A stretch of DNA of 64,000 bases from positions 44,346 to 108,345 of the forward strand of contig DASZIO010000037.1 in NCBI GenBank assembly GCA_035949055.1, given 5' to 3'. The notes under the pieces are model-generated. The model was not told the origin of the DNA. It was given only the letters and a program-made list of their open reading frames with translations, and searched no databases. This DNA comes from Acidimicrobiales bacterium. GTDB taxonomy: Bacteria; Actinomycetota; Acidimicrobiia; Acidimicrobiales; RAAP-2. Position 1 is the stretch's first letter, and each line of letters begins with the position of its first letter. Position numbers and translations under genes: made by a program. This document shows, one piece after another, positions 37,420 through 47,099 of this stretch.

Positions 37420-38508
37420 ATGGGCGTTCGTGTCATCCAATGGGCCACCGGTGGGGTGGGGCGGGCGGCGATCGCCGGCGTGGTCGCCCATCCGGAGCTC
37501 GATCTGGTGGGCTGCTGGGTCCACAGCCCGGCGAAGGACGGCCGGGATGCGGGCGACCTCGCCGGGATCGGCCCCATCGGCGTCGGGGCCACCGGCGACA
37601 CCGAGGCCCTCCTGGCCCTCGAGGCGGATTGTGTGATCTACACGCCGATCATGGCCGACCCGGATCTGGTGGCCAGGTTGCTGGCCTCAGGAAAAAACAT
37701 GGTGACGCCGCTCAGCTGGTTCTTTGCCGAGGGTCGTGATGAGACCCTCATCGAGGCGGCGTGCCAGGAGGGTGGCTCGACCATCCATGGCACCGGTATC
37801 CACCCCGGTGGAGTCACCGAGCGAATCCCGCTCACCCTCGCCGCCCTCTCCCAATCGATCAGTCACGTGCGGGCCGAGGAGTTCTCCGACATCCGTAGCT
37901 ATGGGGCGCCGGCCGTGGTGGGGGACATCATGCTGTTCGGCAAGACACCGGAGGAAGCCGCGTCCAGCCCCATGCCGGCCATTCTCGGCGACGGGTTCGG
38001 CCAGTCGGTGGCCATGATCGGCCACGCCTTGGGATTCGACCTCGACGACGAGCTGGTGATCGGTCACGAGGTGGCCGTCGCCACCGCGCCGATCCCCTCG
38101 CCCATCGGGGCCATCGCGCCGGGTCTGGTGGCTGCGCAGAAATTCCACTGGGACGCCACCGTGGCCGGCGAGTCGGTGATCTCGGTCCGGACCAATTGGT
38201 TCATGGGTGAGGACCACCTCGATCCGGCTTGGAGCTTCGGGCCGGAAGGCGAGCGGTTCGAGGTCGAGGTGACCGGCGACCCGACCAGCCGGGTGACGCT
38301 GCGCGGCTGGCACCCCGACTCGGTCGCCGCCGGCCTCGAGCGGAATCCCGGGGTGGTGGCCACTGCCACCCACTGCGTGAGCGCGGTCCCGGCCGTCGTG
38401 GCGGCGCGGCCGGGCATCAGGAGCTACCTCGACCTCCCCTGCTACACCGGGCGGGCCGCCGCCCGGCTGTCCCGGGCCGGGCGCGCGGGAGGCCGCCGAG
38501 GGCGCTGA
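37420..38508 (+). CDS. NAD(P)-binding dihydrodipicolinate reductase-like / amine dehydrogenase family protein
   Basis: The N-terminus is VRVIQWATGGVGRAAIAGV and the central motif is GGSTIHGTGIHPGG. Confidence 0.6.
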   Translation: MGVRVIQWATGGVGRAAIAGVVAHPELDLVGCWVHSPAKDGRDAGDLAGIGPIGVGATGDTEALLALEADCVIYTPIMADPDLVARLLASGKNMVTPLSWFFAEGRDETLIEAACQEGGSTIHGTGIHPGGVTERIPLTLAALSQSISHVRAEEFSDIRSYGAPAVVGDIMLFGKTPEEAASSPMPAILGDGFGQSVAMIGHALGFDLDDELVIGHEVAVATAPIPSPIGAIAPGLVAAQKFHWDATVAGESVISVRTNWFMGEDHLDPAWSFGPEGERFEVEVTGDPTSRVTLRGWHPDSVAAGLERNPGVVATATHCVSAVPAVVAARPGIRSYLDLPCYTGRAAARLSRAGRAGGRRGR

Positions 38509-38612
38509 CCAGGGCCGGAGCATTCCCCCACCGACGCCGGCTCCCCCCTCGCAGGCGGCCCGGCGCATTCAAGTCGTCCCCTGGATCGGTCGACAACATT
38601 CAAAGCAGTGTC

Positions 38613-41003
38613 ATGGACCCAGGGACGGGGATGTCGACGACCACAGCTACGCAATCCGGCGAAGACCACCCACCCCCGCCCCGGGCGGCGGAGGACCCGG
38701 TCACCCCGACGGCAGCCGCTCACTCCCACTCGAGGCTGAACCCGACCTTCCTGGCCTACTTCATCGGGCCGGTGGCCCTGCTGATCATCCTCTTCCTGGT
38801 CCATGTCGGGGCGGCAGCCCGCGAGTCGGCCTGGGTGTGGCTGGGTGTCTTCCTCGCCGTGCCCGCCACCAGCCTCTTCGTCAATCACCTCTACACCCTC
38901 AATCCGACGCGCTTTCGCCTGCACCTCCGGGTGGCCGGCCAGGCGGCAGGGGTGACGGCGGTCATCTATCTCACCGGATGGGGCCCGGTGCTCTCGGGCG
39001 CGTTCGCCTTCCTCGCCCTCGAGAACGTCTCCCACGCGGGCTCGCGAATCTGGCGGGTCACAGCTCTCTGGAGCCTGGTCGGGATCGCCCTCGGGCAGGT
39101 CGCGGTGTGGCGAGGGGTGTTCCCCTGCGAGCTGACCCTCGGCCAGGCCAACGCCCTGGCCGTCATGGGTGCCTTCGTCCTGGCCTTCATCATCCGGATG
39201 GCCGGGGCCACCATGGAGCAGAAGGAGCAGGCCGAAACGTCGATGCGCCTCAGCGAGGACCGCTTCCGCTCGCTCATCCAGTATTCGTCCGACGCCACGT
39301 TGGTGATCGGCGCAGACGGGACGTACACCTATGTGAGCCCGGCCGTCCTCTCTCTCCTCGGGATGGACCCGGGTGAGCTGATCGGCCGCCAGGCCACCGA
39401 CGTCGTCCATCCCGACGACCGCGACCGGGTGCAGGACCGGCTCGGCGCCCAGCTGCGGACGTCCCCGGAGAACGCGCTCGTCCAGTTCCGCATGGGCCGC
39501 AAGGACGGCACCTACTGCGACGTCGAGGCGGTCGTGGCCGACCAGCGCGAGCGGGCCTCGGTCGGAGGCTATGTCGCCAACATCCGTGACATCACCGAGC
39601 GCAAGGAATTCGAGGCGCTGCTCGCCCACCGGGCACTGCACGACCCGCTCACCGGTCTGGCCAACCGCCAGCTCATCCTGGACCGCGCCGAGCAGATGCT
39701 GGTGCGGGCACGGCGGGCCCGCGAACCTGTCGCCGCCTACTTCATCGACCTCGACAACTTCAAGGACGCCAACGACTCCCTGGGGCACGAAGCCGGGGAC
39801 CGGGTGCTGCGCTCGGTAGCCGGCCGGTTCTCGGCGCTGCTGCGAGCCAGTGACACGGTGGGCCGGCTCGGAGGCGACGAGTTCGTGATCCTGACCGAGG
39901 GCGTGTCCCTATCGTCCGGTCCGATGACGGTCGCCGAGCGCATCAGGGAGGTGCTGCGAACACCGTTCCACGTCGAAGGGTTCGAGGGCCTGCCCATCAC
40001 CATCACCGCCAGCATCGGGATCGCCACCGGGGACCGCCAGTCGGCCCAGGAACTGCTCCGGGACGCCGACATCGCCCTCTACCGGGCCAAGTCCGGCGGC
40101 AGGGACCGCTGCGTGCTGTTCGAGCCGTCCATGCAAGCGGCCGCCACCGACCGGCTCGAGCTGAAGGCCGACCTCGACGCGGCCGTGGCCCAGGGTCAGT
40201 TCTTCCTCCTCTACCAACCCATCTTCGACCTCGACAGCGTCGAGATTCGGGGCGTCGAAGCTCTCCTGCGCTGGCGGCACCCGACCCGCGGGATCATCAC
40301 CCCGGACAACTTCATCCCGGTGCTGGAAGACACCGGGCTCATCGTCGAGGTGGGCCGGTGGGTGCTTTTGGAAGCGTGCGGGCAGGCCGCGGCCTGGCAT
40401 CGGCAGGGGTACGCCACGACGATGTCGGTGAACGTCTCGATGCGCCAGCTCGAGTCGGAGGTACTGGTCGAGCACGTCGAATCCGCTCTGGCGGCCAACG
40501 ACCTCGATCCCGCGGCCCTGGTCATCGAAGTCACCGAGACGACACTCATGAAGGACGCGAACGCGACGGTGTCAAGGCTCAGGCGACTGAAGGACATCGG
40601 CGTGATGATCGCCATCGACGACTTCGGCACCGGCTACTCGTCCCTGGCCTACCTACGCCAATTCCCGGTCGACGTGCTCAAGATCGACCGCTCCTTCGTC
40701 GCCGAGATGGACGAGGGTCCGCACTCGGGAGCATTCATCCACACGCTGGTGGAGCTGGGCCGGACACTCGGCCTGACCACCCTGGCCGAGGGCATCGAAG
40801 ACCAGACCCAGCTCGACGGGTTGCGGAGCGAGCAGTGCGACCGGGGCCAAGGCTTCATCTTCTCCCGACCGGTCGAACCGGCCGACATCGAGGAGATGTT
40901 GTTCGGCTCGCCCGCCGGACCAGCGCCGGTTCCCGCCGTGGGATCGGCCGCGGCCACCCCCGGAGCCACCCGGAGCGCCCGGTCGCGTGCGGTGGCCACC
41001 TGA
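38613..41003 (+). CDS. Membrane sensor PAS-GGDEF-EAL protein (c-di-GMP synthase/phosphodiesterase)
   Basis: An N-terminal multi-TM region is followed by a PAS domain (FRSLIQYSSDATLVIGADG). Further motifs are GRLGGDEFVIL, VEALLRWRH and DDFGTGYSSLAYL. Start is ATG 38613 (alternative 38631) within the ORF opening at 38229. Confidence 0.9.
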   Translation: MDPGTGMSTTTATQSGEDHPPPPRAAEDPVTPTAAAHSHSRLNPTFLAYFIGPVALLIILFLVHVGAAARESAWVWLGVFLAVPATSLFVNHLYTLNPTRFRLHLRVAGQAAGVTAVIYLTGWGPVLSGAFAFLALENVSHAGSRIWRVTALWSLVGIALGQVAVWRGVFPCELTLGQANALAVMGAFVLAFIIRMAGATMEQKEQAETSMRLSEDRFRSLIQYSSDATLVIGADGTYTYVSPAVLSLLGMDPGELIGRQATDVVHPDDRDRVQDRLGAQLRTSPENALVQFRMGRKDGTYCDVEAVVADQRERASVGGYVANIRDITERKEFEALLAHRALHDPLTGLANRQLILDRAEQMLVRARRAREPVAAYFIDLDNFKDANDSLGHEAGDRVLRSVAGRFSALLRASDTVGRLGGDEFVILTEGVSLSSGPMTVAERIREVLRTPFHVEGFEGLPITITASIGIATGDRQSAQELLRDADIALYRAKSGGRDRCVLFEPSMQAAATDRLELKADLDAAVAQGQFFLLYQPIFDLDSVEIRGVEALLRWRHPTRGIITPDNFIPVLEDTGLIVEVGRWVLLEACGQAAAWHRQGYATTMSVNVSMRQLESEVLVEHVESALAANDLDPAALVIEVTETTLMKDANATVSRLRRLKDIGVMIAIDDFGTGYSSLAYLRQFPVDVLKIDRSFVAEMDEGPHSGAFIHTLVELGRTLGLTTLAEGIEDQTQLDGLRSEQCDRGQGFIFSRPVEPADIEEMLFGSPAGPAPVPAVGSAAATPGATRSARSRAVAT

Positions 41004-41042
41004 GCAGACCTCCCGCTCGACACGCGCTCCTCGGAGGCCGGC

Positions 41043-41087
41043 GATCCGCACGATCCGCACGACGCGCACAATGCGCACAATGCGCGA
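41043..41087. repeat. Five tandem 9-bp units in the intergenic region upstream of the hydrolase gene
   Basis: The units are gatccgcac, gatccgcac, gacgcgcac, aatgcgcac and aatgcgcga. The array ends 10 bp before ATG 41097. Confidence 0.7.
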
Positions 41088-41096
41088 GGCTCTGGC

Positions 41097-41912
41097 ATGT
41101 CCGAGGCCCGCCTGGACGGCGTCACCATTGCCTACGACGTGCACGGCGCGGGTGAGCCGGTCGTGCTGGTGTGCGGATGTGGGCAACCGGCCGTCGCCTG
41201 GCAGCTCGAGCTGGTACCCGCCCTTACCGCGGCCGGCTACCAGGTGGTGACGTTCGACAACCGCGGTGTGAGCCCGTCCTCGTCGCCCCCGGCGCCCTAT
41301 TCGGTGGACGTCCTCGTCGCCGACACCCTCGGCCTGCTCGACCATCTCGACCTCGATCACGTCCGGGTGGCCGGGCACTCGATGGGAGGGTGGGTAGCCG
41401 AGACCCTGGCCATTCGGCATCCGGACCGGACACGCTGTGCCGCGCTGATGGGGAGCTGCAACGTGGGGACGGCCTGGGAGAAGGCCATCACCCGCGTCGA
41501 GCGGGATTTGGCCCTCCGCGACCACGAGATGCCCGCCCTGTTCTATGCCACCGAGACCCTCCGGTACCTCCCGAACCGCGACCTGCAGGACGACGACGTC
41601 GTCGGGACCTGGCTCTCGCTGATCGGTGACCTGCCGGCGTGGCCCAACCCGGGGCGACTGGGCCAGTACGAGGCCTGCCTGGCCTGGTCGAACGACCTGG
41701 AGCGCACCAAGGCCTGGGGGCAGATCTCGGTACCGTGCCTGGTACTGGCGTTCGAGCACGACATCGACTCGCCGCCGGCCAGAGCGCAGGAGGCGGCGGC
41801 CCTCATCCCGCGGGCCCGCTATGCCGAGATCGCCGATGCGAGTCACCTCGGCATCTTCACCCACGGCGCCCAAGTGGCCACGGAGCTGGTGGACTTCTTC
41901 GCCGACGTCTGA
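41097..41912 (+). CDS. Alpha/beta hydrolase
   Basis: It has the GxSxG motif VAGHSMGGWVA and an N-terminal HG-type loop VVLVCGCG. Confidence 0.75.
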   Translation: MSEARLDGVTIAYDVHGAGEPVVLVCGCGQPAVAWQLELVPALTAAGYQVVTFDNRGVSPSSSPPAPYSVDVLVADTLGLLDHLDLDHVRVAGHSMGGWVAETLAIRHPDRTRCAALMGSCNVGTAWEKAITRVERDLALRDHEMPALFYATETLRYLPNRDLQDDDVVGTWLSLIGDLPAWPNPGRLGQYEACLAWSNDLERTKAWGQISVPCLVLAFEHDIDSPPARAQEAAALIPRARYAEIADASHLGIFTHGAQVATELVDFFADV

Positions 41913-41966
41913 CCGATCCTCCCGGTCCGTGCGATCGGGCGGTCTCGTGCCACTAGCGTCGCCGAG

Positions 41967-42812
41967 ATGGACGAGCCCGGCGGTCGGTTGCCGGCGGTGG
42001 GCGTGACCGGGGTGGGTGTGGCGGCCATCCGGGCCGCCGAGTCGTCTCGGCCGGACCGTCTCTTCGACGATCCGTTCGCGGCTCGCTTCGTCTCCGCCGC
42101 CGGATGGAATGGGACTCGGGGCGATCCCTCCCGACGTCGGCACCTGTCGGCGTGGATCGCGGTGCGGACCCGGTTCCTCGACGACGTCGTCCTCGACGCC
42201 TGCGCCGGCGGTTGCCGTCAGGTGGTCATCCTGGGTGCCGGCCTCGATGCCCGGTCGTTCCGCCTGCGGTGGCCGCTCGGGACCAACGTCTGGGAGCTCG
42301 ACCTGCCGTCGGTGCTCGAGTTCAAGGAGCGGGTGGTCCGGTCCGAGGGGTGGCAGCCGAGCTGCCGTCGGAGGACCGTTGCCGTCGACCTGTCCGGCGC
42401 CTGGGGCCAGGCTCTGGTGGACGGGGGTCTCGATACCGAGGCACCGGTCGCCTGGTTGGCCGAGGGATTGCTGGCCTACCTCACCGAGGAGATCGGCGAC
42501 CGCATCGTCTCGGTGGCGGCCGAGCTTTCGGTGCCGGGCAGCCGCCTCGGCCTCACCGTCGCCAGCCCCGAGCGGCTCCGGGCGTGGCGCGGCGCCCACC
42601 CTGACGGCCGCGCCGGGCCAGGGGACTACGTCGCCCTCTGGCGGTCCACCGGACCGGAGGACCCGGCGAGCTGGCTGGCCTCGCACGGCTGGGAGGCGGC
42701 GGTCTACGCCACCGCCGAGCGATCGATGGCGTACGGGAGGTCTGTCGACGAGGACGGAGTGTCCGGTGGGGAGTGGTCGGGCGCAGGCCTCGTCGACGCC
42801 ACCCGCCGCTGA
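41967..42812 (+). CDS. Class I SAM-dependent methyltransferase (mycobacterial O-methyltransferase/LCM-like family)
   Basis: Motifs AAIRAAES...DRLFDDPFA and VVILGAGLDARSFRL are present. Confidence 0.75.
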   Translation: MDEPGGRLPAVGVTGVGVAAIRAAESSRPDRLFDDPFAARFVSAAGWNGTRGDPSRRRHLSAWIAVRTRFLDDVVLDACAGGCRQVVILGAGLDARSFRLRWPLGTNVWELDLPSVLEFKERVVRSEGWQPSCRRRTVAVDLSGAWGQALVDGGLDTEAPVAWLAEGLLAYLTEEIGDRIVSVAAELSVPGSRLGLTVASPERLRAWRGAHPDGRAGPGDYVALWRSTGPEDPASWLASHGWEAAVYATAERSMAYGRSVDEDGVSGGEWSGAGLVDATRR

Positions 42813-42947
42813 GCCCGCCGCCGCGCCCTGTTGCCACCGGGCGAGCGAGACTGGGACGGTGACGGCCACCGTCTTCCTCGTCGCCGACTGGCTATGTGCA
42901 GTCGTCGGACAGGGCGGGTTCGCCCGCCCCGCAGCCGCGGGCCCGGC

Positions 42948-44285
42948 ATGAAGGCCGAGGATGCCGCGGCCCTGGGCCCGCCAGCGACCGGGGCGGGCCT
43001 GACCCAGTCGTTCCACCTCCACGGGTGGTCGGACCGGGCGGTGGTGGCGGTGGCCTTCGTGGCCCTGGCCGCAGGTGTCGGCCAGTTCGGCCTCGCCGCC
43101 ACGCTCGGCGACGTCGCCCACCACTTCGGCCACATCACCCGGGGCTCGACCGTCGCCGACCGGGCCGGCCTCTCGGGAACCGAGCTCGGCCTCGGACTGG
43201 CCGTGGTGCGGCTGGCGTCGCTCGGAGGGTTGCCGGTGGCGGGCCTGGCCGACCGCATCGGCCGCCGCCGGGTGATGCTCTTCGCCTGCGGACTCGGTCT
43301 GGCCCTCACCGCGGTGTCGGCGCTCGGCCCCGGCTTCTGGTGGTTCGTCGTCATCTTCGCCCTGGGACGGCCATTCCTGTCGGCGGCCGCGGCCATCGCC
43401 CAGGTCCAGGCGGCCGAACAGACCCGATCGGGCGGTCGGGCCTCAGCCGTGGCGCTGGTCGCCGCGGGATACGCGGTGGGGGCCGGGCTCACCGCCGTCG
43501 TCTACGGATTGGCCGGAGGGACGATCGGCTATCGGGGGATCCTGGTGATGGCCGTCCTCCCACTGGTGGCCCTCCCCTTCCTGTCTCATTCGGTCACCGA
43601 GACCGGCCGTTTCGAGGCGTCGGCGGCGGCGGGCACCGTGGCCCTCCCCGTCGTCGGCGCCGTCGCCCGCCCCTATCGCCGCCGGCTGTTCCTGGTGGCC
43701 GCGGTGGCCTTCTCGCTGGCGGTCATCACCGGACCGTCCAACACCTTCGTCTTCGCATACGCGCAGAACATCGAGGGGTTCCCGGGCATCGCGCTCTCGG
43801 GCATGGTCGTCGCGGCCGGGCTCCTCGGGCTGGGTGGCCTGCTGGCCGGACGGTGGCTGGCCGACCGGGTGGGCCGGCGCCCCACGGCCACCGGATCCAT
43901 GCTGTGCATCGGCGCGTCGGGGGTCCTGTGCTACAGCGGCAACCGGGCATCATTGGTCCTCGGGTACCTGGCCGGCATCACCGCGGCCGGCGTGTTCGCC
44001 CCGGCCGCGGGAGCCTTCGCCAACGAGCTGTTCCCGACGGCGGTTCGCTCCTCGGTGGCCGGTTGGAACGTAGCTGCTTCGGTGATCGGGGCCGGCGTCG
44101 GCCTGGTGGCCTTCGGCGCCGTCGCGGATGTGGGCCACCGTTTCGGACCGGCCGCGCTGGTCACCTTCCTGCCGGCCATGTGCCTCAGCGGACTGATCTA
44201 CCTCTTGCCCGAGACGCTCGGGCACGAGCCCGAATGGTTCTGGCCACCGGAGGGTGGCCCGCCGACCGCACCGGTCACCGAGTGA
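42948..44285 (+). CDS. MFS transporter
   Basis: There are about 12 hydrophobic segments and the loop 2-3 motif is GLADRIGRRRVM. ATG 42948 was chosen within the ORF opening at 42831. Confidence 0.75.
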   Translation: MKAEDAAALGPPATGAGLTQSFHLHGWSDRAVVAVAFVALAAGVGQFGLAATLGDVAHHFGHITRGSTVADRAGLSGTELGLGLAVVRLASLGGLPVAGLADRIGRRRVMLFACGLGLALTAVSALGPGFWWFVVIFALGRPFLSAAAAIAQVQAAEQTRSGGRASAVALVAAGYAVGAGLTAVVYGLAGGTIGYRGILVMAVLPLVALPFLSHSVTETGRFEASAAAGTVALPVVGAVARPYRRRLFLVAAVAFSLAVITGPSNTFVFAYAQNIEGFPGIALSGMVVAAGLLGLGGLLAGRWLADRVGRRPTATGSMLCIGASGVLCYSGNRASLVLGYLAGITAAGVFAPAAGAFANELFPTAVRSSVAGWNVAASVIGAGVGLVAFGAVADVGHRFGPAALVTFLPAMCLSGLIYLLPETLGHEPEWFWPPEGGPPTAPVTE

Positions 44286-44613
44286 GCACCAGCTGTGACT
44301 GGGTCACCCGGGCCAACATGACGTTCCGGTTGTCGACGACGTCGGTGTCGAGCACGATCACCATCCGCCCCACGTGCAGCGGCCGGGTCACCGCCTCTCC
44401 ATGACCGGACCGCAGGGCGCGGAGGAAGTTCGTCTTCGACTCGATGGTGGTCGTGCCCTGGGCTCCCTCGGGCAGGTTCAGGTATCCACAGGCGGCACCG
44501 GTGCTGTCGGCCAACGCCATGATGGCACCACCGTGCATCGCCCCGTTGGCGGTGCACAGCTGCTCGGCCCAGGCCAGCTTGGCCCGCACCTCGGCCGGCG
44601 TATACACGAGCAC
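44275..44613 (-). CDS. PaaI/hotdog-fold thioesterase (N-terminus possibly disrupted)
   Basis: The core is NGAMHGGAIMALADSTGAACG. The only canonical start is GTG 44613, yet thioesterase-like sequence continues upstream in frame with no start codon (see findings). Confidence 0.65.
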   Translation of the reverse strand: MLVYTPAEVRAKLAWAEQLCTANGAMHGGAIMALADSTGAACGYLNLPEGAQGTTTIESKTNFLRALRSGHGEAVTRPLHVGRMVIVLDTDVVDNRNVMLARVTQSQLVLTR

Positions 44614-44676
44614 CTCGATGCCGATCGCGGCAGTGAAAGCATGAGGGTATGGAACGTCGTCATCGGATCCGAACCG

Positions 44677-45510
44677 TCAGCGGTCATCGCCAGCCTCCGC
44701 GCCCCTGACCCCGCACCCCGCCGACGGGCGGGTCGCTCGGACCGGCTTGGCCGCCTCGATCAGGAACCGATGAGCGTGCGATACGAACGGGCCGGTCGAC
44801 TCGATCTGTTCGTGGAGGCTGGCCAGTCGTTCACGGTACCTGTCCACCGAGAAGTCCGGGACCGTCCACACCACCATGCGCAAGAAGACGACGACGGCCG
44901 CAACGTCATCGAAGGTGAGCCGGAGCGACTCCTGGCGCAGGTCGACCACGTCCAGGCCCGATCGCTCCGCCTCCGATCGTGCCCGTGCGGCACTGTGCCG
45001 GTCGGATATCGGTTGGGGACCCATCATGAAGTCGGTGAGCTCGCGGTTCGACCCGGTACCGACCTGTTGGGAGAAGTAGGTTCCGCCCCGCTTCAGCACT
45101 CGGGCGATCTCCTCCCAGATGGTCACCGTCGGATGCCGGCTGAGGACCAGATCGAAGTGATCATTTGGGAAGGGCAGCGGACCATCGTCGGGTGCGTCGA
45201 CCACCGAGACGCCCCAGGGGCCCAGGGCACGGGCGGCCCCGGTCACATTGGGGGGATGCCACTCGGTGGCGGCCAGTATTGAGGGCGCGACCCGCGCCCG
45301 CGCCAGCAGCTCGGCGAGCACTTCCCCGCCGCCTGTCTGGATGTCGAGGACGGAGGTCGCGGCGGGGATGCGGCGCGCGGCGAGCGTGGTGTACCCCCAC
45401 GACGGGCGCTCCTCGGTCGCCCGTCCCTCGAACCACGAGAAGTCCCACCCGTTCAAGGGTGCTGCGGCCCCTTCGGCCACCAGCCGTTCGAATGCGGCCC
45501 GGCCGTTCAC
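44677..45510 (-). CDS. Class I SAM-dependent methyltransferase
   Basis: SAM motif I is VLDIQTGGGEV and the post-I region is FDLVLSRH...RVLKRGGTY. Start is set at GTG 45510. Confidence 0.7.
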   Translation of the reverse strand: MNGRAAFERLVAEGAAAPLNGWDFSWFEGRATEERPSWGYTTLAARRIPAATSVLDIQTGGGEVLAELLARARVAPSILAATEWHPPNVTGAARALGPWGVSVVDAPDDGPLPFPNDHFDLVLSRHPTVTIWEEIARVLKRGGTYFSQQVGTGSNRELTDFMMGPQPISDRHSAARARSEAERSGLDVVDLRQESLRLTFDDVAAVVVFLRMVVWTVPDFSVDRYRERLASLHEQIESTGPFVSHAHRFLIEAAKPVRATRPSAGCGVRGAEAGDDR

Positions 45511-45683
45511 CTGGGCGCGCCCGCCCTGGCGGACAGGGCATCCTCCGCCACCCGGGCCGAAGACAGCCCGATCAAGGTGCCGACCTTCGCCACGACGTGA
45601 GTGTAGGTGCAGTTTCCCCATCCGGCCCGCCATCCCGGTCCCGGACCGGGGGCCCTTGGAGGAGCACGGTAACGTGGATACCC

Positions 45684-46733
45684 GTGGTCGAGCGCGACGG
45701 CAGCGAGACGATCGACGACTTCCTCCGGTCGATGGGCGCGACCGACGAACAGGTCGACAAGGCTCGGCGTGAATGCCGCTTTGCCGGGCTGGCCGCTGAC
45801 CTCGTCCTGGCCCGGGGAGCCACTCTCAGCGCCGACGATCTCGCCGCCCGGGTCGGGTTGCCGGTAGACCAGGTCCTCTCCCTCTGGCACACCCTCGGCG
45901 TTGTCGTCCCCGACGCGGTCACGCCGATGTTCTCCGAGCGCGACGCCGAGCTCACGCTGTCGATCATCAGGGTCAACCCGATCGGACAGCACGGAGACGA
46001 GCTCCTGCGGGTGCTCGGCAGCTCTCTGGCCCGGGTGGCCGAGGCCGCGGTCTCGCTGTACGTGCAGACGGTCGAACCCTCGATGGACGTGCCCGAGGTG
46101 GACATCGTGGTGTGGGCCAAGGATCTGGCCAATGTCACCGCAGCCGCCCTCGACCTGGGCGACGCGATGGGTGTGATCTTCGGCCACCACCTGCGGGACG
46201 CCATCGACCGTCAGCGGGTGGCACAGGTCGGAATCGCCGAACGCTCCCTGTTCCGACTGGCCGTGGGGTTCATCGACCTGGTCGGGTTCACGCCCCTTTC
46301 CCTGCATACCTCACCATCCGAGCTGCTCGAGCTCATCGGTGCGTTCGAGGTCAAGTCCTTCGAGGTGGCCGCGTCCCACGGAGGCCGGATCGTCAAGCAC
46401 ATCGGTGACGAGGTCATGTTCGTCGCCTTGGATGCCGCTTCGGGTTGTTCGATCGCCCTCGACCTCATGGCTGCGGGTATCGAGGGGGTCGAGCCACGCG
46501 GCGGCGTGGCGTTCGGCGATGTGATCACCCGGCACGGGGACTACTACGGCACCGTGGTCAACCTCGCCTCCCGGCTAGCTGACCTGGCCATCCCCAAGGA
46601 GGTCCTGGTCGACGCGGCCACCGCCCGCTCGCCGGTGACACCGTTCTCGTTCCGTCCCGCCGGCCATCGCCTCCTCAAGGGTTTCGACGACCCGTTCGAG
46701 GTCTACTCACTCGAGCTCGCCCCCGAAGGCTGA
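45684..46733 (+). CDS. Class III adenylate cyclase with Rv1264-type N-terminal regulatory domain
   Basis: Catalytic blocks are VGFIDLVGFTPLS, VKHIGDEVMFV and RGGVAFGDVITRHGDYYGTVVNLASRL. The helical N-terminal domain (IDDFLRSMGATDEQVDKAR) has the same layout as M. tuberculosis Rv1264/Rv2212. The GTG 45684 start is uncertain. Confidence 0.8.
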   Translation: MVERDGSETIDDFLRSMGATDEQVDKARRECRFAGLAADLVLARGATLSADDLAARVGLPVDQVLSLWHTLGVVVPDAVTPMFSERDAELTLSIIRVNPIGQHGDELLRVLGSSLARVAEAAVSLYVQTVEPSMDVPEVDIVVWAKDLANVTAAALDLGDAMGVIFGHHLRDAIDRQRVAQVGIAERSLFRLAVGFIDLVGFTPLSLHTSPSELLELIGAFEVKSFEVAASHGGRIVKHIGDEVMFVALDAASGCSIALDLMAAGIEGVEPRGGVAFGDVITRHGDYYGTVVNLASRLADLAIPKEVLVDAATARSPVTPFSFRPAGHRLLKGFDDPFEVYSLELAPEG

Positions 46734-47099
46734 GCGAGATCATCACCTGGGCGGCTTCGACGACGCAATCCGCCAACGCCGCCGTGCCTGGGTCAAGGGA
46801 TCGCCGTCCGGTCCGATCAGGGCCCAGGGGAAGCCCGTAACGAACGATTCCTGAGCCCGGATCAATCTCTGGGCACGGCTCCGTCGTATACCCACCAGAC
46901 GCTGACCATCACGGCCCGTCGTCGTTGACCACCGAACATTGGAATGGCCTGAGTACCAGCGGCCTGCCGGCGTGGCTGGAACTCGCCGTGGACCGGCACC
47001 GGTTGCGGCGCACCCGCCCCGGTAGGAGGATGAAACGGGCGGGCGGCCTCATGGAGCACTCGGCACACACCAGTCGAACCAACCGAACGGGGATCCCAA

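Noticed and set aside
41043-41087. CRISPR-like array
   Set aside because: The units are 9 bp, directly abutting with no spacers. No cas genes are present in the window.
40653-43133. 826-aa ORF on the minus strand
   Set aside because: It is antisense to the EAL domain, the alpha/beta hydrolase and the methyltransferase genes, and it is Arg/Pro/Gly-rich without motifs.
47025-47032. GGAGG followed directly by ATG (possible gene start)
   Set aside because: There is no spacing between the SD and the ATG. The downstream frame (part of ORF 46925..47215) overlaps the better-supported lipoprotein gene.
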